64,000 nt of DNA. Origin: Candidatus Cryptobacteroides sp. GTDB taxonomy: Bacteria > Bacteroidota > Bacteroidia > Bacteroidales > UBA932. The stretch spans positions 9,947 through 73,946 of the forward strand of contig JAZLFC010000009.1 of the NCBI GenBank assembly GCA_045615565.1. The letters are read 5' to 3'. A program made the translations under genes and the position numbers. The notes beneath the pieces were generated by a model, which worked only from the letters and a program-made list of their open reading frames with translations, was not told the origin of the DNA and did no database searches. Numbering within the stretch: position 1 is the stretch's first letter; each line of letters opens with the position of its first letter. Of this stretch, positions 14,984 through 27,249 are shown in pieces.

Positions 14984-16376
14984 TGATGATCCTGTTTGCT
15001 ATTTTTATCACCTCATCGGCAAGTCTCTCCGCAGCCTCCTGTGTCGGAGCCTCGGAATAGATCCGGATGATAGGCTCAGTGTTGGAGCGGCGCAGATGCA
15101 CCCAGCTGCGGGTGGACTCGAAATCAATCTTGACACCGTCCACATCATTGATTTTTTCATCCCGGAAGTGACTCTTCATCTCCGAAAGGATGCGGTCGAT
15201 AAGCGACTTGTCTGAAAGTTCTATCTTGTTTTTTGCAATATGATATGACGGAAGCGTTTTCTTGTACTCGCCGGCAGTCTTCTTCAGCTGCGCCAGATGG
15301 CTCAGGAACAGTGCCACGCCGACCATGGCGTCGCGTCCGCAATGGAAAGAAGGGAATATCACACCTCCGTTCCCTTCACCGCCTATCAGGGCATTCACCT
15401 CGTGCATCTTTGTCGTGACATTGACTTCCCCGACAGCAGCGGCATAATATTTTCCTCCGTGCCTTTCAGTGACGTCACGAAGAGCTCTGGAGCTGGAAAG
15501 ATTGGACACGGTACTTCCTCCCGGGTGTCTTTCCAGCAGGTAATCCGCGACAGAGACAAGGGTATACTCCTCAACGAACGGCTCACCGTTCTCGCAGATG
15601 AAAGCAAGCCTGTCCACGTCAGGGTCGACGCTTATTCCAAGATCGGCCTTGTTTTCAACCACAGCGTTGCAGAGGACCTCCAGATTCTTCGGAAGGGGCT
15701 CGGGATTGTGGGCGAAATCGCCCGTAGGCTCACAGTTCAGCCCTATGCACCTTACGCCCAGGCGCTCCAGCAGACGGGGCATGATGATACCTCCCACGCT
15801 GTTCACCGCGTCAAGGACCACGGTAAAGCCTGCAGACCGGACGGCATCGCAGTCAACGTCTTCAAGCGCGAGCACGGAATCAATATGCTCGTCCGTGAAA
15901 TCATAGCATTCGATATGGCCCAGATGATCAACCGGAGCGAAGTCGAATTTTCCGTTGTCAGCGAGGTCCAGAATAGCCTGTCCCTGTGCGGCCGTCAGGA
16001 ATTCACCGTCCTCGTTGAGAAGTTTCAATGCATTCCAGTGCTTGGGATTATGAGACGCAGTGATGATGATTCCTCCGTCTGCTCCGGCGAATTTCACCGC
16101 GAGTTCAGTAGTAGGTGTGGATGCCAAGCCGCACTTCACCACATCAACGCCGCAGCTGATCAGGGTGCCGCAGACCAGGTGTTCAACCATCTCTCCGCTC
16201 AGGCGCGCATCACGTCCGACCACGACTTTATATTTCTGCCCGTTGGGCAGTTTCCTGTCTTTCAGGCAGGCGCAATATGCATAAGTGAACTTTACTATAT
16301 CTACGGGGGTAAGGCCCTCCCCTGAAGGGCCGCCGATAGTACCGCGAATACCGGATATTGATTTAATAAGTGACAT
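14976..16376 (-). CDS. glmM: Phosphoglucosamine mutase
   Basis: SISGIRG, ITASHNP phospho-Ser loop, DPDVDR, GEGNGG and RRSNTEP. Start moved from TTG 16385 to ATG 16376, 6 nt below a TATTTTTG box. Confidence 0.92.
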   Translation of the reverse strand: MSLIKSISGIRGTIGGPSGEGLTPVDIVKFTYAYCACLKDRKLPNGQKYKVVVGRDARLSGEMVEHLVCGTLISCGVDVVKCGLASTPTTELAVKFAGADGGIIITASHNPKHWNALKLLNEDGEFLTAAQGQAILDLADNGKFDFAPVDHLGHIECYDFTDEHIDSVLALEDVDCDAVRSAGFTVVLDAVNSVGGIIMPRLLERLGVRCIGLNCEPTGDFAHNPEPLPKNLEVLCNAVVENKADLGISVDPDVDRLAFICENGEPFVEEYTLVSVADYLLERHPGGSTVSNLSSSRALRDVTERHGGKYYAAAVGEVNVTTKMHEVNALIGGEGNGGVIFPSFHCGRDAMVGVALFLSHLAQLKKTAGEYKKTLPSYHIAKNKIELSDKSLIDRILSEMKSHFRDEKINDVDGVKIDFESTRSWVHLRRSNTEPIIRIYSEAPTQEAAERLADEVIKIANRIINV

Positions 16377-16432
16377 ATCCTGCAAAAATAGATATTTTTA
16401 TCGTAAATTCGCAGGCCGAATATTTACGGGAT

Positions 16433-16810
16433 ATGAATATTAACGGGTTGTGGACCATACTTTTGCTTATCGTTTCGAACGTTTTCATGACATTCGCCTG
16501 GTACGGTCAGTTGAAACTTGCCGAAATAGTGCCGTCATCCAGGGACTGGCCTTTGGTGCTCATCATACTGATGTCCTGGGGAATCGCACTGTTCGAGTAC
16601 AGTTTTATGGTACCGGCCAACAGGCTCGGGTCCAACGTTAACGGAGGCCCCTTCAGTCTGGTGCAGCTCAAAGTCATCCAGGAAGCCGTTTCTCTCACTG
16701 TGTTCACGGTGATATGCGCTCTGGTATTCAAGAATCAGCCGATACAGTGGAATCATTTCATATCATTCGGGCTGATAATCATGGCAGTATTCTTTGCGTT
16801 CCTGAAGTAA
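16433..16810 (+). CDS. DMT family small membrane protein (DUF486-like)
   Basis: SNVFMTFAWYGQLK, SWGIALFEY..VPANRLG and QLKVIQE motifs; four TM segments. Start taken as ATG 16433. Confidence 0.85.
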   Translation: MNINGLWTILLLIVSNVFMTFAWYGQLKLAEIVPSSRDWPLVLIILMSWGIALFEYSFMVPANRLGSNVNGGPFSLVQLKVIQEAVSLTVFTVICALVFKNQPIQWNHFISFGLIIMAVFFAFLK

Positions 16811-16837
16811 AATATTTGCAGGTTTCATTTTTATACG

Positions 16838-16845
16838 TATATTTG
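16838..16845 (+). promoter_or_regulatory. -7 promoter box of tRNA-Glu
   Basis: TATATTTG followed by CAGTCCCG, 17 nt before the tRNA. Confidence 0.7.
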
Positions 16846-16862
16846 CAGTCCCGAACAGGAAT

Positions 16863-16934
16863 GGTGGGTTCGTATAACGGTTAGTACTCAAGATTCTCAA
16901 TCTTGCAATATGGGTTCGATTCCCGTACCCACTA
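16863..16934 (+). tRNA. tRNA-Glu (CTC)
   Basis: GGTGGGT acceptor stem pairs with ACCCACT. Anticodon arm CAAGA-TTCTCAA-TCTTG; T-arm ATGGG-TTCGATT-CCCGT. Confidence 0.93.
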
Positions 16935-16945
16935 CGATTTCAGCC

Positions 16946-16998
16946 AAAAAGAGGGTGACTAAAAAGTCCATCAGGACTTAGAGGTCATCCTCTTATTT
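16946..16998 (+). terminator. Two-tier hairpin after tRNA-Glu, probably a bidirectional terminator
   Basis: Outer stem AAGAGGGTGAC/GTCATCCTCTT, inner stem AAGTCC/GGACTT. A-run before and TATTT after. Confidence 0.55.
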
Positions 16999-17035
16999 AT
17001 TGTGTGAAACGATTTTTTATTACATTTGCAGTTGT

Positions 17036-17458
17036 ATGAGAACAAGAACAAAAATATTCACATGGATCGTAGCGATACTGATTGTCGGGGCAGCCGCTGC
17101 CGTATATTTCAAGTTCTTCTTCGTGTTCGGAGAAGGAGTCAAGGCAGGAGAACTCAACCAGATAGTCTACAAAGGCTGGGTCTGGAAAACCTATGAAGGG
17201 AGACTGATTCAGACGGGGTTCAACAACGGATCACACAGCAACGGTAAGATTCAGTCCAACGAGTTCAATTTTTCAGTCGTGGACAAGGCTGTTGCCGACT
17301 CTCTGATGCAGTGCAGCGGCAAGCTCGTCAAACTGCACTATGTCGAGTACAACGGCAAGCTGCCGTGGAGAGGAATGCAGAAGCACATAGTGGACGGCAT
17401 ACTCTCCGTAGAGCAGTCAAATCAGGCAACGACGATACCGATAATTGACGGAGAATGA
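17036..17458 (+). CDS. Conserved hypothetical single-pass membrane protein
   Basis: N-terminal TM helix, then GEGVKAGEL..IVYKG..WKTYEG.L and V.LHY.E...LPWRG. TACATTTG box 7 nt before ATG 17036; ATGA-coupled to the S9 peptidase. Confidence 0.75.
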   Translation: MRTRTKIFTWIVAILIVGAAAAVYFKFFFVFGEGVKAGELNQIVYKGWVWKTYEGRLIQTGFNNGSHSNGKIQSNEFNFSVVDKAVADSLMQCSGKLVKLHYVEYNGKLPWRGMQKHIVDGILSVEQSNQATTIPIIDGE

Positions 17459-19107
17459 TGACCAGGACTTTACTGCCAGCAATGATGCTGGCTTTTTATT
17501 GCCTCGGCGCCAGGGCACAGGTCACTGTAGGCGGCAGCGTATCAAGAAATGAATTCGGAATCAACGGAGGCACGTTCATCAGTCCTTCCGGTGCTCTCAA
17601 GGCCGTGTATGTAAAGGATGAGAGCGCCGTAAGCGAGTTTCCGCTTCTGGACATTTCCACCCGTACCGGCAGTTTGAAATCCGTAACGTATCCTATGAAC
17701 GGAATGCCTTCCGAGAAGCTTCAGCTTCAGGTCAGGGACACTCTTGACAATGTCATCAGTACGATGCAGGTAAGCGACTTCACTGAAGAGAGATATCTTA
17801 CCGGAGTCAGCTGGTCACCCGATGACAGGTACATTTTCATCCAGGTTCTGGACAGGGCGCAGCACAATATGCATCTCAATATGTACAGGGCCGATGACGG
17901 TTCATACGTTCGCACACTGCTGACAGAGCATAACGACGCCTGGGTGGAACCTCTTGACCCGCTTTACAATATAAAGGGGACCTACAGGTTCATCTATAGG
18001 ATAAACAACCGCGACGGATACAGACTTCTTTATGAGCTTGACACGCTCGGCGGCATCCGGAGACTGACCCCTGCCGATGCGGATGCGGCATATAAGGGCA
18101 ACGACGGCAGGTATCTCTACTACACCTCAGCCGAGGTCTCCCCTATCGAGAACCATCTCTTCAGGCTGGATCTCAGGAAGAAAAAGTCAAAGCCCGAGAG
18201 GATGACCCCAGAACCGGGATGGCACGACATAAGGATGAAGGGTGACTGCACTTACAAGGACGTCTGGAGCAGCCTCGAAGTACCGCCTTCCGACAGGACC
18301 GAAGCTGAAAGGGACAGTCTCCTGAAGCACAGGAGAGCGTTGATAGAACTTGGTACTGTCAAGTCTGCAGACGGCGGCTTCGACAACTACTACCGGCTCG
18401 TCAAACCTCTTGATTTCGATCCTTCAAAGAAATATCCCCTGGTCGTTTACGTCTATGGCGGGCCGCATTCACAGATGGTCACGGACAGATGGCAGGGTGC
18501 AGCAAGGGACATTGATCTCCTGCTTGCAGAAAACGGATACATCGTATATGTTCAGGACAACAGAGGCACGCAGAACCGCGGCATTGAATTCGAGCAGGCC
18601 ATCAACAGACGCTGCGGACAGGTTGAGATGGAAGACCAGATGTACGGGCTTTCACAGCTTCTTAACAGAAGCCCCTGGATTGACCGTGACAGGATAGGAG
18701 TCAGCGGCTGGAGCTACGGCGGGTTTATGACCATATCGCTGATTACAAATTATCCCGACACATTCAAGGTGGCAGCCTGCGGCGGGCCCGTCATTGATTG
18801 GAAATGGTACGAGGTAATGTACGGTGAGCGCTATATGGATAACCCTGAGACCAATCCTGAAGGGTTTTATCAGACCTCTCTGATAAACCGGGCAGGGGAC
18901 CTCAAGGGACGTCTGCTGATCTGCCAGGGCATGAACGATGCCACTGTTCTCCCGATCAATTCCCTCAGTTTCGTGCAGAGATGCGTGGAGCTGGGAGTGC
19001 AGCTGGACTATTTCCCATACCCGGCATCGGAGCACAATGTGGACAGAAAATGGAGAAGACATCTTCTGGACAAGTTCGTAGATTATTTCAACACCTACCT
19101 TAAATAG
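17455..19107 (+). CDS. S9B prolyl oligopeptidase (DPP-IV/prolyl tripeptidyl peptidase-like)
   Basis: Signal peptide, YVYGGP, DNRG, GWSYGG nucleophile, D-x-x-V and terminal His (EHNV). Confidence 0.9.
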   Translation: MMTRTLLPAMMLAFYCLGARAQVTVGGSVSRNEFGINGGTFISPSGALKAVYVKDESAVSEFPLLDISTRTGSLKSVTYPMNGMPSEKLQLQVRDTLDNVISTMQVSDFTEERYLTGVSWSPDDRYIFIQVLDRAQHNMHLNMYRADDGSYVRTLLTEHNDAWVEPLDPLYNIKGTYRFIYRINNRDGYRLLYELDTLGGIRRLTPADADAAYKGNDGRYLYYTSAEVSPIENHLFRLDLRKKKSKPERMTPEPGWHDIRMKGDCTYKDVWSSLEVPPSDRTEAERDSLLKHRRALIELGTVKSADGGFDNYYRLVKPLDFDPSKKYPLVVYVYGGPHSQMVTDRWQGAARDIDLLLAENGYIVYVQDNRGTQNRGIEFEQAINRRCGQVEMEDQMYGLSQLLNRSPWIDRDRIGVSGWSYGGFMTISLITNYPDTFKVAACGGPVIDWKWYEVMYGERYMDNPETNPEGFYQTSLINRAGDLKGRLLICQGMNDATVLPINSLSFVQRCVELGVQLDYFPYPASEHNVDRKWRRHLLDKFVDYFNTYLK

Positions 19108-19127
19108 AACTCTAACCTTTCAATTAT

Positions 19128-20318
19128 ATGTACGGAAAATTCAAGGAGTATCTTCAGAGCGAGCTCAAGTCGATTGATGAAGCCGGTCTTTACAAGAGAG
19201 AAAGGATGATCTGCTCTCCACAGGGAGCAGAAATCACTCTCGCAGACGGAAGCAAGGCGCTAAATTTCTGCGCCAATAACTATCTGGGACTCGCAGATGA
19301 CAAAAGACTGATAGAAGCAGCCAAGAAGGCTATGGACGAGAGAGGCTACGGCATGTCTTCCGTCAGGTTCATATGCGGACAGCAGGACCTTCACAGACAG
19401 CTGGAAAAAGCAATAGCAGAATATTTCCACACGGATGACACCATCCTCTATGCGGCTTGTTTCGATGCAAACGGAGGAGTATTCGAGCCACTGCTCACAG
19501 AGCAGGATGCAATCATATCCGATTCGCTGAACCACGCATCCATAATAGATGGCGTAAGGCTCTGCAAAGCGGTTCGCTATCGCTACGAAAACGCAAATAT
19601 GGAAGATCTCGAGCGCTGCCTGAAGGAAGCGCAGGCGCAAAGATTCCGTATTGTCGTAACAGACGGTGTATTCTCAATGGACGGGAACGTGGCACCCGTT
19701 GACAGGATTTGTGAACTCGCAGAGAAATATGACGCCCTTGTAATGGTTGACGAGAGCCATTCCGCAGGAGTGGTAGGGCCTACGGGACGTGGCGTAGCCG
19801 AGCAGTTCAACTGTTACGGACGGATTGACATACATACCGGGACACTCGGCAAGGCATTCGGAGGTGCAGTAGGAGGATTCACTACAGGACGTCAGGAGAT
19901 AATAGATATGCTCAGACAGAGAAGCCGTCCTTATCTTTTCTCAAACTCCATTCCTCCTATGATTGCAGCTGCAGGAATTGAACTTTTCAAGATACTTTCA
20001 GAAGATTCAAGCCTGAACGCAGCGCTTAAAGAAAACGTTGAATATTTCAAGGACAGGATGATTGCGGCCGGCTTTGACATCAAGCCTACACAGTCGGCAA
20101 TATGCGCGGTTATGCTGTACGATGCGGCCTTGAGTCAGAAATTTGCCGCAGCTATGGCTGATGAAGGCATTTTCGTCACCGGATTCTACTACCCTGTAGT
20201 CCCTAAGGGACAGGCAAGGATAAGAGTGCAACTGTCCGCCGCCCACACACGCGAGCAGCTCGACAAGGCTATCGCCGCATTCATCAAAGTCGGGAAGGGA
20301 CTGTCCGTACTGAAATAG
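19128..20318 (+). CDS. kbl: 2-amino-3-ketobutyrate CoA ligase (glycine C-acetyltransferase)
   Basis: NFCANNYLGL, SVRFICG, LNHASIIDG, GTLGKAFGG (PLP Lys) and ARIRVQLSA. Confidence 0.96.
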   Translation: MYGKFKEYLQSELKSIDEAGLYKRERMICSPQGAEITLADGSKALNFCANNYLGLADDKRLIEAAKKAMDERGYGMSSVRFICGQQDLHRQLEKAIAEYFHTDDTILYAACFDANGGVFEPLLTEQDAIISDSLNHASIIDGVRLCKAVRYRYENANMEDLERCLKEAQAQRFRIVVTDGVFSMDGNVAPVDRICELAEKYDALVMVDESHSAGVVGPTGRGVAEQFNCYGRIDIHTGTLGKAFGGAVGGFTTGRQEIIDMLRQRSRPYLFSNSIPPMIAAAGIELFKILSEDSSLNAALKENVEYFKDRMIAAGFDIKPTQSAICAVMLYDAALSQKFAAAMADEGIFVTGFYYPVVPKGQARIRVQLSAAHTREQLDKAIAAFIKVGKGLSVLK

Positions 20319-21266
20319 TCAGGCCATACACTCCATCTCAATCAGCCATCCGGGACGGCAAACGGGTGCGTGAGTGATGACATAAGGTATTCCGGATCCG
20401 AAACGGGTCCGGAATATTTTTGATACCTGAGCGTAATCTTCCGGTCTTCTCAGATAGACCACCATCATTTTCATATCGCCAGTAGAGGCTCCGGCTTCCT
20501 TAAGGAGCGCCTCAACATTTTCCAACATTCTGAATGTCTGTCCTGATACATCCCCCGGGCAGACAATCTCCCCTCTGTTGTTGATGGACGCCGTCCCGGA
20601 AATCAGGATATGGCGGGAACCGCCGTATTCGACTACGACGCCACGCTCAAAAGTGACGCCATATTCGTGTGTAGGATTGAAATTTTCAGGAGCATACAGA
20701 TAATGCTGTGAGAAGTCTCCTTTCAGCGAAAGGGCATCCATCTGCACGACAGAGCCTTCATTAACCGGCCTTCCGCCTATCCCGGTACTCGCGAGGTAGT
20801 GAGTCTGCTTTGTCATTCCCCTGGATTCGAACATTTCGCGTCTGGCTACCACCACACCGGAATAGTTGGAGTCAATGTCATCCACGTAGAACCAGGTCCT
20901 TACGCAGTTCTCAGAGATGCTGAGTCCTGCGGCGGCAAGTTCCGAATCAAAATTGTCAAGTATTTCCCTTGTCTGCGACCCGGATCCGGGCAAAGCGCTT
21001 GAAAGATTGGTATGCCATACAAGTTCGACGGGGCAATCCTTGACAAGATATATCCATACGGCAACAGAATATTCACCAAGAACAGGCTGGACTACAAACG
21101 AAACATTGCGGGCACGGATGCCAATCTGCTCCTTCTGCTCCCTTGCAGAAAGGAAATATCTTCTGAACGAAACTGAATATTCAGGATAAGAGAGCACAAA
21201 CTTTGTCTCCTTCTCCAGAAGAGAAGGAATGTCATATGCACATATGATAGTGTGCACTTCCTGCAT
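20319..21266 (-). CDS. Rid (YjgF/YER057c/UK114) superfamily two-domain protein
   Basis: VRTWFYV.DID.NY, STGIGG, TFERG, ISGTASI and VCRPGWLIEME motifs. Start at ATG 21266, 1 nt after the dehydrogenase stop. Confidence 0.8.
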   Translation of the reverse strand: MQEVHTIICAYDIPSLLEKETKFVLSYPEYSVSFRRYFLSAREQKEQIGIRARNVSFVVQPVLGEYSVAVWIYLVKDCPVELVWHTNLSSALPGSGSQTREILDNFDSELAAAGLSISENCVRTWFYVDDIDSNYSGVVVARREMFESRGMTKQTHYLASTGIGGRPVNEGSVVQMDALSLKGDFSQHYLYAPENFNPTHEYGVTFERGVVVEYGGSRHILISGTASINNRGEIVCPGDVSGQTFRMLENVEALLKEAGASTGDMKMMVVYLRRPEDYAQVSKIFRTRFGSGIPYVITHAPVCRPGWLIEMECMA

Positions 21267-21267
21267 A

Positions 21268-22224
21268 TCAGTGCCGGTTTTTCTTTCTGAGATTCTCAAT
21301 CATATCGTGCACCATCTCGTTCAGGCCGAATTTCGGGGCCCAGCCCCACTCCTTGCGTGCGCAGGAATCATCCATATTGTCAGGCCAGCTGTCGGCAATG
21401 GCCTGACGGACAGGATCCACCGCGTAACGCACTTTCATGTCCGGAATTTCTTTTCTGATGGCAGCAAACAGAGTCTCGGGATCAAAACTCATTGAAGCTA
21501 TGTTGAAAGAGTTTCTGTGTGACAGATACTGAGGTCTTGCCCTCATTATGTCAACGGCAGCCTGAAGAGCATCCGGCATATACATCATATCCATATATGT
21601 GCCGGGGGCGATAGGACAGACGAATTCCTCCCCTTTTACGGCCGCGTAGAAAACTTCCACGGCATAATCCGTTGTACCTCCGCCCGGAGGCGTTGTGTAT
21701 GAGATCAACCCCGGAAAACGCACTGACCTGGTGTCCACACCATATCTGGTGAAATAGTAATCGCTCAGCAGTTCGGTGGCGACCTTTGTTACGCCGTACA
21801 TTGAAGTAGGCCTCTGGATAGTATCCTGAGGTGTATTCTTATGAGGCGTAGAAGGGCCGAATGAGCCGATTGATGACGGAGTGAATACCGCGCAATGCTT
21901 CTCCCTGGCTATTTCAAGGATATTGAGCAGGCCGTTCATCTGTATATCCCAAGCCCTGAGCGGGAGTCTTTCAGCAGTTGCAGAGAGCAGCGCTGCAAGG
22001 TTATAAATGGTATCGATATCGTATTTGTCAACTATATCGGCAATCTGCTGTGAATCGCACACGTTGGCCTGCTCTGCCGGGCCGCTTTCCAGCAGCTTTC
22101 CCTTAGGTTCCGAGCCGGATATGTATCCGGCAACAGTAACTCCGCCAGGAAGGTCCCGGCGGAGTTTCATAGTCAACTCGGACCCTATCTGGCCAGTCGA
22201 GCCTATTACAAGGATATTCTTCAT
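21268..22224 (-). CDS. SDR-type L-threonine 3-dehydrogenase (NAD-dependent epimerase/dehydratase family)
   Basis: GSTGQIG Rossmann motif, LAALLSA, PSSIGSF, YGVTK (YxxxK), PGGGTTDYAV and DSWP. kbl lies 2 kb away. Confidence 0.85.
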   Translation of the reverse strand: MKNILVIGSTGQIGSELTMKLRRDLPGGVTVAGYISGSEPKGKLLESGPAEQANVCDSQQIADIVDKYDIDTIYNLAALLSATAERLPLRAWDIQMNGLLNILEIAREKHCAVFTPSSIGSFGPSTPHKNTPQDTIQRPTSMYGVTKVATELLSDYYFTRYGVDTRSVRFPGLISYTTPPGGGTTDYAVEVFYAAVKGEEFVCPIAPGTYMDMMYMPDALQAAVDIMRARPQYLSHRNSFNIASMSFDPETLFAAIRKEIPDMKVRYAVDPVRQAIADSWPDNMDDSCARKEWGWAPKFGLNEMVHDMIENLRKKNRH

Positions 22225-23216
22225 TATTTGAGATTACGGAACTTCTCCGCAGAAATCTTTTTTGGCTTTATGGTAATGGCCTCACGTATCTTGGCAAGCA
22301 CTTTCTGATCCTCTACCTGCTCTTCGATGCGGGCTATCTGCTTGCGGTCGGAAATAACGTTGTTGGCAGCCTCCTTGATCATCTCTGCAGGCACGTTTCC
22401 GATACCGTACATTGCATACTGATATGCCACAAATGCTTCCGCAGCTTCCTGAATATCCTTGTCAGTAACCTTCTCGCCGAACTTCTCCATAAGATAACCG
22501 CGAACAAGCTGCCAGCGGAAATCGGCTTTGAACCCTTCGAAATCCTTTTCGATTTCTTCCTTTGTGACCTTTCCTTCATTTGCGGCAAGCAGCCACCTCT
22601 TGAGGAATTCCTCAGGAAGCTCGATTGCAGCCTTCTCAACGAAATAATCACGTATATCCTTGGTAAGTCTCCACTCTGACTCCTGCTTATACTGAGACTC
22701 GAGTCTCTGCGTCACTTCCTTGTCGATATCCTCAGCGGATTTCTCTTCCTTCTTCTCCTCATAGTACTTGGTGAGATTCTCCGTCATAGTCTTCTTCTCT
22801 TTTTCTGTGACAGTGATATCATAGGAAATGACAGTATCGGTATTCTCCACTTCAAGCTTCACCTCCGGAGACAGGGCGATATCAAAAACAAACCGGAACG
22901 GTTCTCCGTCCTTCCAGCTGACCTCCGGCTGTAACTCACTCGCAAGAGGCTCACCGAGAATATGGAGACTGTTATTCTTTATATACTCGTCAAGTCCGTT
23001 GGAAATCACCTCATTGACAGCTTCCACGAGCACCTGGTCACCATAGACGCGTCTGATCATAGACTCAGGGACGTTACCTTTACGAAATCCCTTGAAATCC
23101 GCTGTCCTGCGGAGCTGTGCGATTTTTTTCTTTTCAAAATCAGCATAGTCTTCCCTGACTATGTCAATTGTAAGCTCAAGATTAAGAGCATCGATTTTCT
23201 TGTCTGTAAGTTTCAT
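22224..23216 (-). CDS. tig: Trigger factor (330 aa; PPIase domain apparently missing)
   Basis: Ribosome-binding signature GFRKGNVP at residues 43-50 and C-domain LPEEFLKRWL. No FKBP-like segment between them. Confidence 0.88.
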   Translation of the reverse strand: MKLTDKKIDALNLELTIDIVREDYADFEKKKIAQLRRTADFKGFRKGNVPESMIRRVYGDQVLVEAVNEVISNGLDEYIKNNSLHILGEPLASELQPEVSWKDGEPFRFVFDIALSPEVKLEVENTDTVISYDITVTEKEKKTMTENLTKYYEEKKEEKSAEDIDKEVTQRLESQYKQESEWRLTKDIRDYFVEKAAIELPEEFLKRWLLAANEGKVTKEEIEKDFEGFKADFRWQLVRGYLMEKFGEKVTDKDIQEAAEAFVAYQYAMYGIGNVPAEMIKEAANNVISDRKQIARIEEQVEDQKVLAKIREAITIKPKKISAEKFRNLK

Positions 23217-23225
23217 ATCTGAATA

Positions 23226-27222
<3,997 letters not shown>

Positions 27223-27232
27223 CTAAATCTTA

Positions 27233-27240
27233 CAAATTTA
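27233..27240 (-). promoter_or_regulatory. -7 promoter box of the gyrB operon
   Basis: TAAATTTG on the minus strand, 25 nt above the ATG. Confidence 0.6.
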
Positions 27241-27249
27241 CTAATTCTT

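Noticed and set aside
15297-16325. 342-aa ORF antisense to glmM (also 13865-14647)
   Set aside because: Codon-mirror ORFs on the reverse strand of conserved genes; no independent evidence.
11330-17035. tRNA-Phe and tRNA-Glu as integration sites
   Set aside because: Both are followed directly by a hairpin and housekeeping genes; I saw no duplicated tRNA 3' end or integrase.
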